The translations under genes and the position numbers were made by a program. 64,000 nucleotides of DNA from positions 1 through 64,000 of the IMG/VR virus record IMGVR_UViG_3300013947_000002. One strand, 5' to 3'. Every line of letters starts with the position of its first letter. The first letter of the stretch is position 1. The notes beneath the pieces are model-generated. The model was not told the DNA's origin. It saw only the letters and a program-made list of their open reading frames with translations, and did not search any database. Positions 47,619 to 56,345 of this stretch are shown piece by piece. Source of the stretch: a virus.

Positions 47619-47647
47619 TTGTCCACTTTTCCACAGGTTTATCCACA
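47619..47647 (+). promoter_or_regulatory. cluster of three co-oriented DnaA-box-like 9-mers
   Basis: TTGTCCACT (47619), TTTTCCACA (47627) and a perfect TTATCCACA (47639). Confidence 0.5.
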
Positions 47648-48433
47648 AGTTGCCAAGTGGTAACTCAAAAATCCAGATTCTGGTATCAAAATCGATATCC
47701 AAAATTTTGATATATAACGCGTGTTATATTACACGGATCGCATTTTTAGTAAACACAATTCACCTATTTACTCCAAGTAAATACCTATTACCATCATATA
47801 AATAATTATTATATCCACGTCAATAAACATTTACTTAAAATAAACATATACTATATCCTGCAATATAACCTAATATACCGCACTAGATGTTATACTATTG
47901 TAACTATTGTAATAAGTATATCATATCACTATTTTTATCAATACAATATATCGATAAAAAGTTAGTATAGTCAATATCGATATAAATATACTGATTGATA
48001 ACAAGAATCATTCTCATATGTATAATAATACAGTATATACATAGCATACTCATAGTCAATAGCGCACATTCTAACTTTTTTATAGTATAATGGCCGCCTT
48101 TACCTATAAAACAGTGAATATTGTAACTGTATAAAAACTGTATAACGGAATAAAAAGATCAGGCATATAAAAACACGCCTGCACATAAAAACGGCATCAC
48201 AGGACTATTATAGCTTTTTGTCCAGTCCAGCTATCATATACTATATAAATAAGAGATAGCCGTTAGTCAATTTATACAATTCAAACGCTTGTAATTTGTG
48301 CAAAATGTACTATTGACTTTTGCAGCGTTCTGGTATATCATATCGCAGCAGTGACGCGGGGAAGGCCGGCGAAATATCCGGCAAACCGCTAAAATAAACA
48401 AAACAATCACTTAAAAATTTTACAATATGCCGA

Positions 48434-48462
48434 TTGACAAAAAGAAATTTATCGGATATACT
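48434..48462 (+). promoter_or_regulatory. sigma-70 promoter
   Basis: TTGACA-17 nt-TATACT, about 50 nt upstream of the gene at 48511. Confidence 0.65.
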
Positions 48463-48510
48463 CAAGGCACGATAAACAACTACAACAAAACATTTTAGGA
48501 GGAACAAAAA

Positions 48511-48903
48511 ATGAAAATCACTGTAAAATCTTTTGAGCCGCAAGAAAACATGAACGCTTACATCAGGGACCAGGAAGCAAAGCATCTTTGCAAGGGATTC
48601 AAGGCTATAGCAATCGACGGGGAAAAACTGGTAGAACTGGTAGATTTGAGAATCGGTGCAACCGCATCAACTGCATATGCTTGCGTATGGTTCAAAGGCG
48701 CGGATAAGTGGGCATACGGTTCTGGCAAGGCTTCCGGCTATGGATACGATAAGGGGAGCGCCGCTGTTGAATCAGCCTTCCGTGCTGCTGGCATGGTAAC
48801 TTCTGGTTTCGGCGGTACTGGATGCAATCGAGAGGCTGTGCAAGCTGCCGGGGAATATCTGTCAAACGAAAAGCCCGTGTTCGTCGTAGAATTTTACGGA
48901 TAA
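48511..48903 (+). CDS. hypothetical protein (Gly-rich 'GYGYDKGSAAVESAF' core)
   Basis: 130 aa with a TAGGAGG RBS. Confidence 0.7.
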   Translation: MKITVKSFEPQENMNAYIRDQEAKHLCKGFKAIAIDGEKLVELVDLRIGATASTAYACVWFKGADKWAYGSGKASGYGYDKGSAAVESAFRAAGMVTSGFGGTGCNREAVQAAGEYLSNEKPVFVVEFYG

Positions 48904-48990
48904 ACATTTCCGCGCGGTTTCTTAAGGGTTTCCGCTCAAAAAGCCCTATTCCATGAACAAAAATTTTATAAAAATTTGGAGGAATTTACA

Positions 48991-49272
48991 ATGAAGTTTT
49001 ATCAAGTAAAGCACGAGGCCGACAACAAAAAACTTGACAAAAATTGGAATATTTTTGTCGGCGGCGAACTGTTTACCGAAAAAGAGATGGAAAAATATGG
49101 TAGACGGTGGGCAGATAGAAATAACTATGACCGGAATCGAGAAATGGCATACACAAAAAGACAACGTGAACTTTTTATGGAACATTTTATTGAACGAGAA
49201 ATTCCAAAAAACAAGACTTTTTGGATGTTTGGTGCGCGTTTCCCGTTCAAAGAATATAAACTGGAGGCGTGA
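48991..49272 (+). CDS. hypothetical protein
   Basis: ATG 48991 with a GGAGGA RBS. Confidence 0.6.
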   Translation: MKFYQVKHEADNKKLDKNWNIFVGGELFTEKEMEKYGRRWADRNNYDRNREMAYTKRQRELFMEHFIEREIPKNKTFWMFGARFPFKEYKLEA

Positions 49273-49274
49273 CC

Positions 49275-49391
49275 ATGAAAAGAAAAAAGTTAAACCCGGT
49301 TTACTGGGCATTTCAAATTTTGGGCGGCATGATTGCATTTACTAGCATTTTCTGGATTCCTGCGCTTGTCTGTAAAATTTTAGGAGGTTGA
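49275..49391 (+). CDS. 38-aa single-TM peptide
   Basis: Hand-found ORF MKRKKLNPVYWAFQILGGMIAFTSIFWIPALVCKILGG, lying 2 nt after the upstream stop. Confidence 0.4.
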   Translation: MKRKKLNPVYWAFQILGGMIAFTSIFWIPALVCKILGG

Positions 49392-49395
49392 CGTA

Positions 49396-49608
49396 ATGAA
49401 AAGATTCGTTCTCGAATATGCACATTTTGAAAAATCACGTCCGCGTGAGTATATGCCGGAGTGCGGACGCATTTTACATAATAAGGAATTGGACAAAATT
49501 GAATATTCATATATCCGTGGATATATCACGGAATCGGAAGCGGTAAAAATGATTTTGGAATCAGAAAGTAAAATCATTAAAGAATTACAGAAAGTAGGTT
49601 TAATGTGA
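49396..49608 (+). CDS. hypothetical small protein
   Basis: 70 aa with a TAGGAGG RBS. Confidence 0.65.
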   Translation: MKRFVLEYAHFEKSRPREYMPECGRILHNKELDKIEYSYIRGYITESEAVKMILESESKIIKELQKVGLM

Positions 49609-49829
49609 TGCACACTGTAAAATATTGGGATAAAAAATTGCTTGCCTTGCAGAGTCTCGCGGACTCCGTAGGATATGATATTGACAACGACGCGGACTAT
49701 ATAGCCGCTTGCGCTTGCCAACCTGCAACGTTTGCGGAGTTTTGTAGAATGAAATACCCGCGCCCGGAGATTTTACCACTTTTTTACAACGTGGTCGAGC
49801 GTGTTCAATCTGTTAAAAATTGTAAATAA
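49608..49829 (+). CDS. hypothetical small protein
   Basis: The track start is GTG 49605. ATG 49608 overlaps the upstream stop. Confidence 0.55.
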   Translation: MHTVKYWDKKLLALQSLADSVGYDIDNDADYIAACACQPATFAEFCRMKYPRPEILPLFYNVVERVQSVKNCK

Positions 49830-49845
49830 TATGGAGGAAATTACC

Positions 49846-50250
49846 ATGGAAAGAACTACCAATTTTATGAACCGTATCCGTACCATTGCCAGAAAAAATC
49901 AGTTCCAGTATATGGTACTTGACAATTATGAAATCCCAGCCGTGCGCTTTACACCGTCCGACTACTGGGAAAAATCGGAAATTGTAAGCAAACTGAGAAA
50001 AACTGGGAAATACCACGTCGAAGAATCCAGATATGACTATACTTGCTACAATGAGTTTTGCGGAACCGTGTTAGTATTTGATGCACGGCAGTATGCCGAC
50101 TGGCGAGCGTTTCAGGATCGGCGTTCTCTGCTTATCGATTCCTTTTTCCTTGCGAGGCGGCACGGCTCCGATGCCTATGGTAAAAAATGCCAAGAACACT
50201 ATGCTCGGCGCAAGGGCATGATGCAGGAGTTTAACAGCATATACGCCTGA
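49846..50250 (+). CDS. hypothetical protein
   Basis: ATG 49846 with a GGAGGAAA RBS. 134 aa. Confidence 0.6.
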   Translation: MERTTNFMNRIRTIARKNQFQYMVLDNYEIPAVRFTPSDYWEKSEIVSKLRKTGKYHVEESRYDYTCYNEFCGTVLVFDARQYADWRAFQDRRSLLIDSFFLARRHGSDAYGKKCQEHYARRKGMMQEFNSIYA

Positions 50251-50314
50251 GACGTCATACGCCGCCCGTAGCAAACCGAACAAGGAAAACGATAAACTAT
50301 AGCCAGACGCGCTG

Positions 50315-50416
50315 AAAAACCCGTGCGGAGGCGCTGAGGGCGTGAGACAAAAAAGGACGGCGAGAACATAAAACGGAATACAGATATAAACCCTCAGCGC
50401 CTCCGCACGGGTTTTT
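50315..50416. terminator. 26-bp perfect inverted repeat (long hairpin, bidirectional terminator-like)
   Basis: AAAAACCCGTGCGGAGGCGCTGAGGG (50315-50340) pairs with CCCTCAGCGCCTCCGCACGGGTTTTT (50391-50416). Confidence 0.6.
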
Positions 50417-50537
50417 CTTTGCTCCCCTATGTTCCTATATCCCGGCATAGTTCGCACCGTGTAAAGCCGCCAGAGCCGTCATAATGGCATTGTACAATAT
50501 GCCTAAAATGGACGACCATTTTTTATGCAATTTTTTG

Positions 50538-50566
50538 TTGACATATGGCGCACGATCTGCTATAAT
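50538..50566 (+). promoter_or_regulatory. consensus sigma-70 promoter
   Basis: TTGACA-17 nt-TATAAT. Confidence 0.7.
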
Positions 50567-50572
50567 CAAAGT

Positions 50573-50806
50573 GACCTAGGGAAGCACCTATGAGGAGGGG
50601 GAGGTCGACCATGAGTTAAAGGCGTTTAACTGAATTACCAGCGGCTTCCAATCACCAGATTTTCCCAGCTATGCTTTAGCCAAGTGAAGCAATAAATCGA
50701 GGCGAAAAATCCTCACGCATATGACCTTACAATTTTTCACATTTTCCCCAGCAATATACAGTACATATACCTGCTCGGCGCGGCAAAAATCGAGCAGGGT
50801 TTTTTC
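50573..50806 (+). ncRNA. candidate ~230-nt sRNA with its own promoter and terminator
   Basis: Lies between the consensus promoter and an intrinsic terminator (stem 50770-77/50791-98 plus a T run). The only ORF is ATG-AGT-TAA behind GAGGAGGGGGAGG. Helices GGAAGC/GCTTCC and GTTAAA/TTTAAC can form. Confidence 0.55.
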
Positions 50807-51533
50807 GTGTACGCGTGTGTGGATTAGGCCAAGCGGATTTCCCCCAGTAATATATGCGTATATATGATTGCGGCGCGGCGCAGGGACGGCTCAGGACAGG
50901 CGTGGAGGCTCGAATCGACCGTGGGCATAATCTGCCTAGGGTGGATGTAAACATGGCTCAAATCGGCACGAGCTGGCTGTGGTGGCTATGATATAATCTT
51001 GACGTAATCTGCGCTTAAAACTCGCCTATCTCATATCGGCGCAAAAAGCAAAATCTTGTGTTATCCATTCAGAACTCGGAATAAATGACAACAACACATT
51101 ATTTTACGACGGAAAAATGTGTGAATGTATAAAAATCTCCTACGAAAAAGTGTCATATGTGTGTGAATATTCATATGAAAAATGTGATTAGTGCAACTTT
51201 CATACTAATATAAATCGTGATATGTGCAAGAAAGTATGGTGATGTATATATGCGCATTGCCGATAAATACATATATCTACGTCATGCGTATTGCTATCTG
51301 CATCATTTATGTGCATGATGATGTAGATGTATATGCATATGAATATGTGAATGGATATGCAGATGGATATATAACGTGTGTTATATATAGGTGAATATTT
51401 ATGTATGTACGAGCCGGAAATTTGAAATCCGTCTGCGAGATTGTATATATGAATGGAAAATCGAAACTCAAAATCGAGATTGATATTTTGCTTACATACA
51501 TACAAGCCCTAGAATTAAAATTGATTTTTCTAC

Positions 51534-51562
51534 TTGACAAATGAAATCAAATATGCTATATA
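51534..51562 (+). promoter_or_regulatory. sigma-70 promoter
   Basis: TTGACA-17 nt-TATATA, running into a (TA)8 tract. Confidence 0.55.
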
Positions 51563-51603
51563 TATATATATACGAGCCACAGATTTGGAGAGGAGAAACG
51601 AAA

Positions 51604-52371
51604 ATGAAAAATGAGATTCGATATATCATTGCAGGAATTGGATTGGCTGTAATTGGATTTACTGCTTGTGGCGCATTTGTCTATCAGCAAATCAATGAAT
51701 ATAATGCCATGATGGATGAACGAGCCGCAAAATCAAAGCCGGTATCCTATTCAATTAAATGTGTGCCGATTGATGTACAAGAGCCGGTTGGCGCAACTGA
51801 AATCGAATATCTGCCATCCGATGATGATGATATAGGTATAGTCGAGATGGAGACTGTAGTCACCGAGGTTGAGCCTGAGCCTGAGCAGCAGATTGAAGAA
51901 TCAGAATCGGATTATGTCTATGTGCCGCCATTTCATTTGACAGAATACGAGACATGGTTTGTTGAATGTGTGGTAGCTGGTGAGGCTGCTGGTGAGCCGT
52001 ATAAGGGTAAACTGGCCGTTGCTCAGTGCTATTTTGACGCAATGCTGAAGGACGGCTTGTCAGCCACAGAAGTAAAATCGGCATATGGATATAGTGGCTG
52101 GAATGAAAATCTGGATAAGCAAGACCCCAAAGCATATGATGAGGTTAAAAATGCTGTAGCCGATGTGTTCTATGGCGGCAAATTTGTAACTGATAAACCG
52201 ATTTTATATTTCTATGCACCCGCATATGGTCGTAGTGATTGGCATGAAGCTCAGGAATATTGGAAAAGTATTGCTAACCATAAGTTCTTTTACCTTGCTG
52301 AAGATGTAAATGCAGAATGGACAAATATCCTCTTGACAAATGTAAATGAATATGATATGATTGAGCCGTGA
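51604..52371 (+). CDS. membrane-anchored SleB/CwlJ-like cell-wall hydrolase
   Basis: Start at ATG 51604 (GGAGAGGAG RBS). TM helix 'IIAGIGLAVIGFTACGAFV'. 'VVAGEAAGEPYKGKLAVAQC' resembles the Hydrolase_2 core. Confidence 0.55.
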   Translation: MKNEIRYIIAGIGLAVIGFTACGAFVYQQINEYNAMMDERAAKSKPVSYSIKCVPIDVQEPVGATEIEYLPSDDDDIGIVEMETVVTEVEPEPEQQIEESESDYVYVPPFHLTEYETWFVECVVAGEAAGEPYKGKLAVAQCYFDAMLKDGLSATEVKSAYGYSGWNENLDKQDPKAYDEVKNAVADVFYGGKFVTDKPILYFYAPAYGRSDWHEAQEYWKSIANHKFFYLAEDVNAEWTNILLTNVNEYDMIEP

Positions 52372-52386
52372 GAGGTGAATTGAGAT

Positions 52387-52872
52387 ATGGATTTTGAGTA
52401 TATGAAAAAATGTTTCCCAAATTATACCTATAATATGTGGTGCGGTAATGAGCCAAAGAATCACGCGCCGTGCGTTAATGGCGATGAATTTGACAATTAT
52501 GAGGATATGTCAACGCCAAATCAGGGTTTCTGTCAGGCGTATCATGGCGAGTGCATCAATGGTGAATGGTCTTTTGAACCATATAGAATTTTCGTATCTA
52601 ATACGCGCCAATTCGATAATAATTATCATCTTGGTATCATGTATAATGTTGGCGATTTGGAATCGTATTGGCTCTATGAGAATTGGAATGGTAAATGCGA
52701 GCTTAAGACGACAACGAGTTGTAAGAAGTTACCTTATGTATCTGAATCCAAACTGCGCAGAATTTTGAATCCAAAGACAGAGCCTAAATCAATCGCATAT
52801 ACAATGTTTATCACTAAAGCAAGAGAGTTATTTGAGCTTGGAGATTGGAAAGGGGAATATAGAGATTTATGA
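52387..52872 (+). CDS. hypothetical protein
   Basis: 161-aa ORF with a GAGAGGTGA RBS. Confidence 0.7.
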   Translation: MDFEYMKKCFPNYTYNMWCGNEPKNHAPCVNGDEFDNYEDMSTPNQGFCQAYHGECINGEWSFEPYRIFVSNTRQFDNNYHLGIMYNVGDLESYWLYENWNGKCELKTTTSCKKLPYVSESKLRRILNPKTEPKSIAYTMFITKARELFELGDWKGEYRDL

Positions 52873-53306
52873 TTAAATTAAAAGAGCCATATGTCTATTA
52901 TGATGACACAAACGATGTATTGTATATTTACGACGGAAAGACAGAGGTTGCGCAAATTGAACAGCCCCAATTTGATTTGAAATATGTCGCAGAATCACTT
53001 GGATGTGAGATAGAAAATTCGGCTGTTGTTAGTCAGAATCGAGAATTGGTCAAAATCGAACCATCTGGGATTTGTAGATTGTCTAAACCAGTTGCAGAAA
53101 TTGACGGTCGTCATGTTTTGTGGTATAGGTTTGCTGGTGAAGAATATAAGGTCGTAGAGGCTTTTACGGATGAGAATGGCGAATTTGTAATGTTTGACGT
53201 TGGGAATGTGGATTCAAATATAGTTGAGACCGTGTATTTTGTGAATGTGAAAGCTGAATGCTATCTGCGCGATTGCTTAATTGATGAGGGTGATAATGAT
53301 GATTGA
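52869..53306 (+). CDS. hypothetical protein
   Basis: 145 aa with ATGA overlap. Confidence 0.7.
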   Translation: MIKLKEPYVYYDDTNDVLYIYDGKTEVAQIEQPQFDLKYVAESLGCEIENSAVVSQNRELVKIEPSGICRLSKPVAEIDGRHVLWYRFAGEEYKVVEAFTDENGEFVMFDVGNVDSNIVETVYFVNVKAECYLRDCLIDEGDNDD

Positions 53307-53679
53307 ATTTCTTGCTGATAATTATGAAGTCTGGAATGGGCATTTTATATTTCCGGATAAAGTGTATGAAAAATTACAACGTGTTCAGGCTTATTGCGAT
53401 GGGATTAAGCCGGTCGCATATTGTAGTGAGGCGATGGGCAAACTGATATTTGATATGAAATATGGAGATGAGCAAAAGAAATGGCAAGGATTTACTATTA
53501 GAATGGATAAGCGTCTTCCATTCTCTTATATCATCATATATTGCAAAAGAAAAAGTTGGAGAACGAAGAATCTTATTGTGTGGGATGAGGTTGTCCAATT
53601 TGGTGATTGCTCAGACAGAGAAAAAGAAACTGTCTCGCGCATTCTTTTGAGGAACCTGAAAGAGGGTGTTTGCTTATGA
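53296..53679 (+). CDS. hypothetical protein
   Basis: ATG 53296 is preferred to the track start at 53281. Confidence 0.6.
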   Translation: MMIEFLADNYEVWNGHFIFPDKVYEKLQRVQAYCDGIKPVAYCSEAMGKLIFDMKYGDEQKKWQGFTIRMDKRLPFSYIIIYCKRKSWRTKNLIVWDEVVQFGDCSDREKETVSRILLRNLKEGVCL

Positions 53680-54065
53680 GCATTGAATTTTCTATTTCAT
53701 CTGGCATTCCCATTGCTATTTCTGGCGTAGGATATGTATACGATGAATACGACATTGAGATTGGTAGATTCTTAGTTGATTCTACATCAAGAATGAATGC
53801 GCCTCAATATTTCTTTTTGCATACACATGGTAATATTGACATATGGGAATCTGCTAATTATTTCGAAGATTGTATCCCAGAGCCAGATATGTTAGAATGC
53901 TTTACAGACAAAATCAAGATTGTAATGGATGTTATTAGCGCGGTCAATGTTGATTGGGTGATTGATGGATTTGAACTCCTCAAAGAAGGAGCTAAAATTG
54001 GTGAATTGACGTTTTGGTATTCTAAATGTGAGAAAGGAATATATAGGATTGAATCTAATGGATGA
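53676..54065 (+). CDS. hypothetical protein
   Basis: ATG 53676 overlaps the upstream stop (ATGA). Confidence 0.6.
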   Translation: MSIEFSISSGIPIAISGVGYVYDEYDIEIGRFLVDSTSRMNAPQYFFLHTHGNIDIWESANYFEDCIPEPDMLECFTDKIKIVMDVISAVNVDWVIDGFELLKEGAKIGELTFWYSKCEKGIYRIESNG

Positions 54066-54333
54066 TGGTGTTTATAAAATCCAAAATCTTGACGATGTTG
54101 AAATCAAAAAGATTGATGACGTTGATGCAGGATATATATATCCACTTAAGCGCGGCGACATCATTGACGTGTTCAAACCCGCTATCAAATGTAAATTGAA
54201 GCCAGACCAAATCTGGTCTGAATATCCTATGCTCAAATGCATCTCGCGTATTTATGAACGGCATAAGTGGTGGCAATTTTGGAAATGGGGCAAGGTGATT
54301 GGATATCAAATGATGTATATTGGAAAGGATTAA
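54058..54333 (+). CDS. hypothetical protein
   Basis: ATG 54058 is preferred to the track start at 54028. Confidence 0.6.
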   Translation: MDDGVYKIQNLDDVEIKKIDDVDAGYIYPLKRGDIIDVFKPAIKCKLKPDQIWSEYPMLKCISRIYERHKWWQFWKWGKVIGYQMMYIGKD

Positions 54334-54350
54334 AAGGGAAAGAAATACAG

Positions 54351-54530
54351 ATGAAGATTGTAGTAGACGAAATGCCAGCCTATCCCTATGAATGTCGCAA
54401 TTGTTGTCTTGAAGGCGACATGGAATTTCATAATTGGGTATGTCTGGTTGGTGAAGAAAAGCACGTCTGTAAAAATGTAAAGGATTGCCCGTATTTTATT
54501 GGATTGGATGAGGTATTGAAAAATGATTGA
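54351..54530 (+). CDS. hypothetical Cys-rich small protein
   Basis: ATG 54351 (MKIVVDEMPAYPYECRNCC..). Confidence 0.5.
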   Translation: MKIVVDEMPAYPYECRNCCLEGDMEFHNWVCLVGEEKHVCKNVKDCPYFIGLDEVLKND

Positions 54531-54711
54531 TTTTCTGCTACGCGCATTGTGGATATTTATTATTACAATTTTAGTATGTCTTGGATTTTTTGTTATATAT
54601 TTGGGTTGTTCTTGTGGAAGTTGGCTTGGATTATTTGCGATTCCAGCTTTGGCACTGATCATAGCCGGTATATTTGAAATAAATGATTGGGGGTATTGGC
54701 ATTGGCTATGA
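54523..54711 (+). CDS. two-TM small membrane protein
   Basis: 62 aa, strongly hydrophobic. Confidence 0.6.
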   Translation: MIDFLLRALWIFIITILVCLGFFVIYLGCSCGSWLGLFAIPALALIIAGIFEINDWGYWHWL

Positions 54712-54965
54712 CGGAGAATAAATTATTTGAATTACTAAAATCATACGACGAAGAATGCTGGACTATGGAACAAAAAGCAGATGGTAATTATCACATTATG
54801 TATAAGAGGCGCATGATAAACAATGATGGCTCAGATGCTGGTTGGCTATACACCGATGTTCCAAATGTAAGATTAAACAAGAATAACAAATGGGTCATCG
54901 AGTTGCCACGAGAAGATAGAATTGGAAGTCGAGCCGAACGTAGGAGAAAGCGAAATGAACAATAG
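54708..54965 (+). CDS. hypothetical protein with basic C-terminus
   Basis: ATG 54708 overlaps the upstream stop. Ends ..GSRAERRRKRNEQ. Confidence 0.6.
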   Translation: MTENKLFELLKSYDEECWTMEQKADGNYHIMYKRRMINNDGSDAGWLYTDVPNVRLNKNNKWVIELPREDRIGSRAERRRKRNEQ

Positions 54966-55182
54966 ACTTTCTGAATATCTTGAATCGTGCGATGACGAAG
55001 GAATGATCACATAGACTGCGGGATTTGACGAATGGTGGCGTATATGGTGTGACAAGTTAAATTTACCATACGACACATCATTTGAGGATTTCACGTTAGC
55101 ATTACAGCATTATCTATGGCCAAATGGTGTTTTATATCCTCTAAATAGAGCCGAACGCCGCAAATCAAAAAGAAAGAAATGA
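54955..55182 (+). pseudogene. small ORF interrupted by an in-frame TAG (pseudogene or read-through)
   Basis: MNNRLSEYLESCDDEGMIT-TAG(55012)-TAGFDEWWRIWCDKLNL...LNRAERRKSKRKK. The 55 codons after the TAG contain no in-frame ATG, GTG or TTG. Confidence 0.45.
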
Positions 55183-55188
55183 CAACCT

Positions 55189-55764
55189 ATGTACGTCTTA
55201 TATAATCAAAAATATTATCTTATGCAAAACGCAATCGGACAGTGGATTCCAGCCGATAATCTAGCTGAGGCGTTCAAATTCAAAGACCGTATCAAAGCCG
55301 AAAATGCGCTTGCCAATTTACCAAAAGCAACACGCAATCTTGGCTATCAGATCAAGCAAATCGATGAGCCATCTAAACCCGTCGATATCGACCAGTTTGA
55401 AAATGTCGAATTGGTAAATTACGATTCAGCATTGGCACAAATTGGGGCATTCTGTGATTTGCATGACCAGCTTGTAGCAAGGGCGGCATGGGTTGAATAT
55501 AAGCTCAATGAGGTCGAAAACAAGATTCAGGATGTGCTACACGCCATTGAATTTAATAGCTATAATGCGCGAGATGGATATAAGATGTATAAGCTGCTAC
55601 ATGATTTGCGGCTCGAACGGCGCAGATACAAAGACGAGCAGATTATAGCAGACGTTACAACTAAGGGATTTGCCGGGTCAAATTGGGAAACAACTAAGAC
55701 CAGAGTGGACGATTTAAAGAATAGGAAATATCATGTAAGAAAAATGGAGGAGTTGTTTGAATGA
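55189..55764 (+). CDS. hypothetical protein
   Basis: 191-aa ORF. Confidence 0.7.
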   Translation: MYVLYNQKYYLMQNAIGQWIPADNLAEAFKFKDRIKAENALANLPKATRNLGYQIKQIDEPSKPVDIDQFENVELVNYDSALAQIGAFCDLHDQLVARAAWVEYKLNEVENKIQDVLHAIEFNSYNARDGYKMYKLLHDLRLERRRYKDEQIIADVTTKGFAGSNWETTKTRVDDLKNRKYHVRKMEELFE

Positions 55765-55898
55765 CTGATATATTGTGGAATATTATTTCTCTTGCCGGTA
55801 CTATTGCACTTGCATTGGCAACCATTGGAACTTGTATTCTTTTAGCATGTGGTATAATTTGCATCATTCAGCAAGTCAAGGAGAAAATTAAGAAATGA
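55761..55898 (+). CDS. 45-aa single-TM peptide
   Basis: Hand-found ORF MTDILWNIISLAGTIALALATIGTCILLACGIICIIQQVKEKIKK with ATGA overlaps at both ends. Confidence 0.45.
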   Translation: MTDILWNIISLAGTIALALATIGTCILLACGIICIIQQVKEKIKK

Positions 55899-56320
55899 TC
55901 GAAACAACGATTTATAAATGCGAATACTGTGGAGCGGAGTTTGATGATGAATATGAGGCGAATTGCCATGAATGGGTGTGTTGGTATGTCGACGTGAAGA
56001 AACGTGACGGTGGCAGCCTTAGATTTTATAAGGAAGATGGCACAGAAATCAAATTTGATGACCCTGGTTTCGTATGGGCTGAATTTGACGATGTGATGGC
56101 ATTTACAGTTGCTAATGATAGCGACGTAAAATTCGCTAAAGACTTCTTTGAATGGCATGGCTATAGCAATCCATTTCGAGCCATTGAGGACGATGAGCAT
56201 CCGAACTATTATGGTCTATGGTGGTTCGACCCAGATCTGCATTATGGTGGATGGGTGCGCGTAGACGACCAGATTAAAAAATGGGTAGATACTAAAAATA
56301 AATTTGTCAAAAGGGCTTGA
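55895..56320 (+). CDS. hypothetical acidic protein
   Basis: 141-aa ORF. Confidence 0.7.
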   Translation: MIETTIYKCEYCGAEFDDEYEANCHEWVCWYVDVKKRDGGSLRFYKEDGTEIKFDDPGFVWAEFDDVMAFTVANDSDVKFAKDFFEWHGYSNPFRAIEDDEHPNYYGLWWFDPDLHYGGWVRVDDQIKKWVDTKNKFVKRA

Positions 56321-56345
56321 CATATGCGATTCTATATGGTATAAT
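56317..56345 (+). promoter_or_regulatory. consensus sigma-70 promoter
   Basis: TTGACA-17 nt-(TGg)TATAAT. Confidence 0.65.

Noticed and set aside
50810-51060. G+C-rich non-coding stretch after the sRNA terminator, with a T-arm-like GGCTCGAATCGACC; considered as a tRNA or gene remnant
   Set aside because: No cloverleaf can be drawn, since no stems flank the TTCGA-like loop. The only ORF (50727-50954, minus) is Arg/Pro/Cys-rich with no RBS. Left unexplained rather than called.
51200-51540. Minus-strand ORFs 51200-51505 and 51307-51540
   Set aside because: Their translations are low-complexity (I/Y/H/T runs) produced by the C-depleted repeat tract. They have no RBS and overlap each other.
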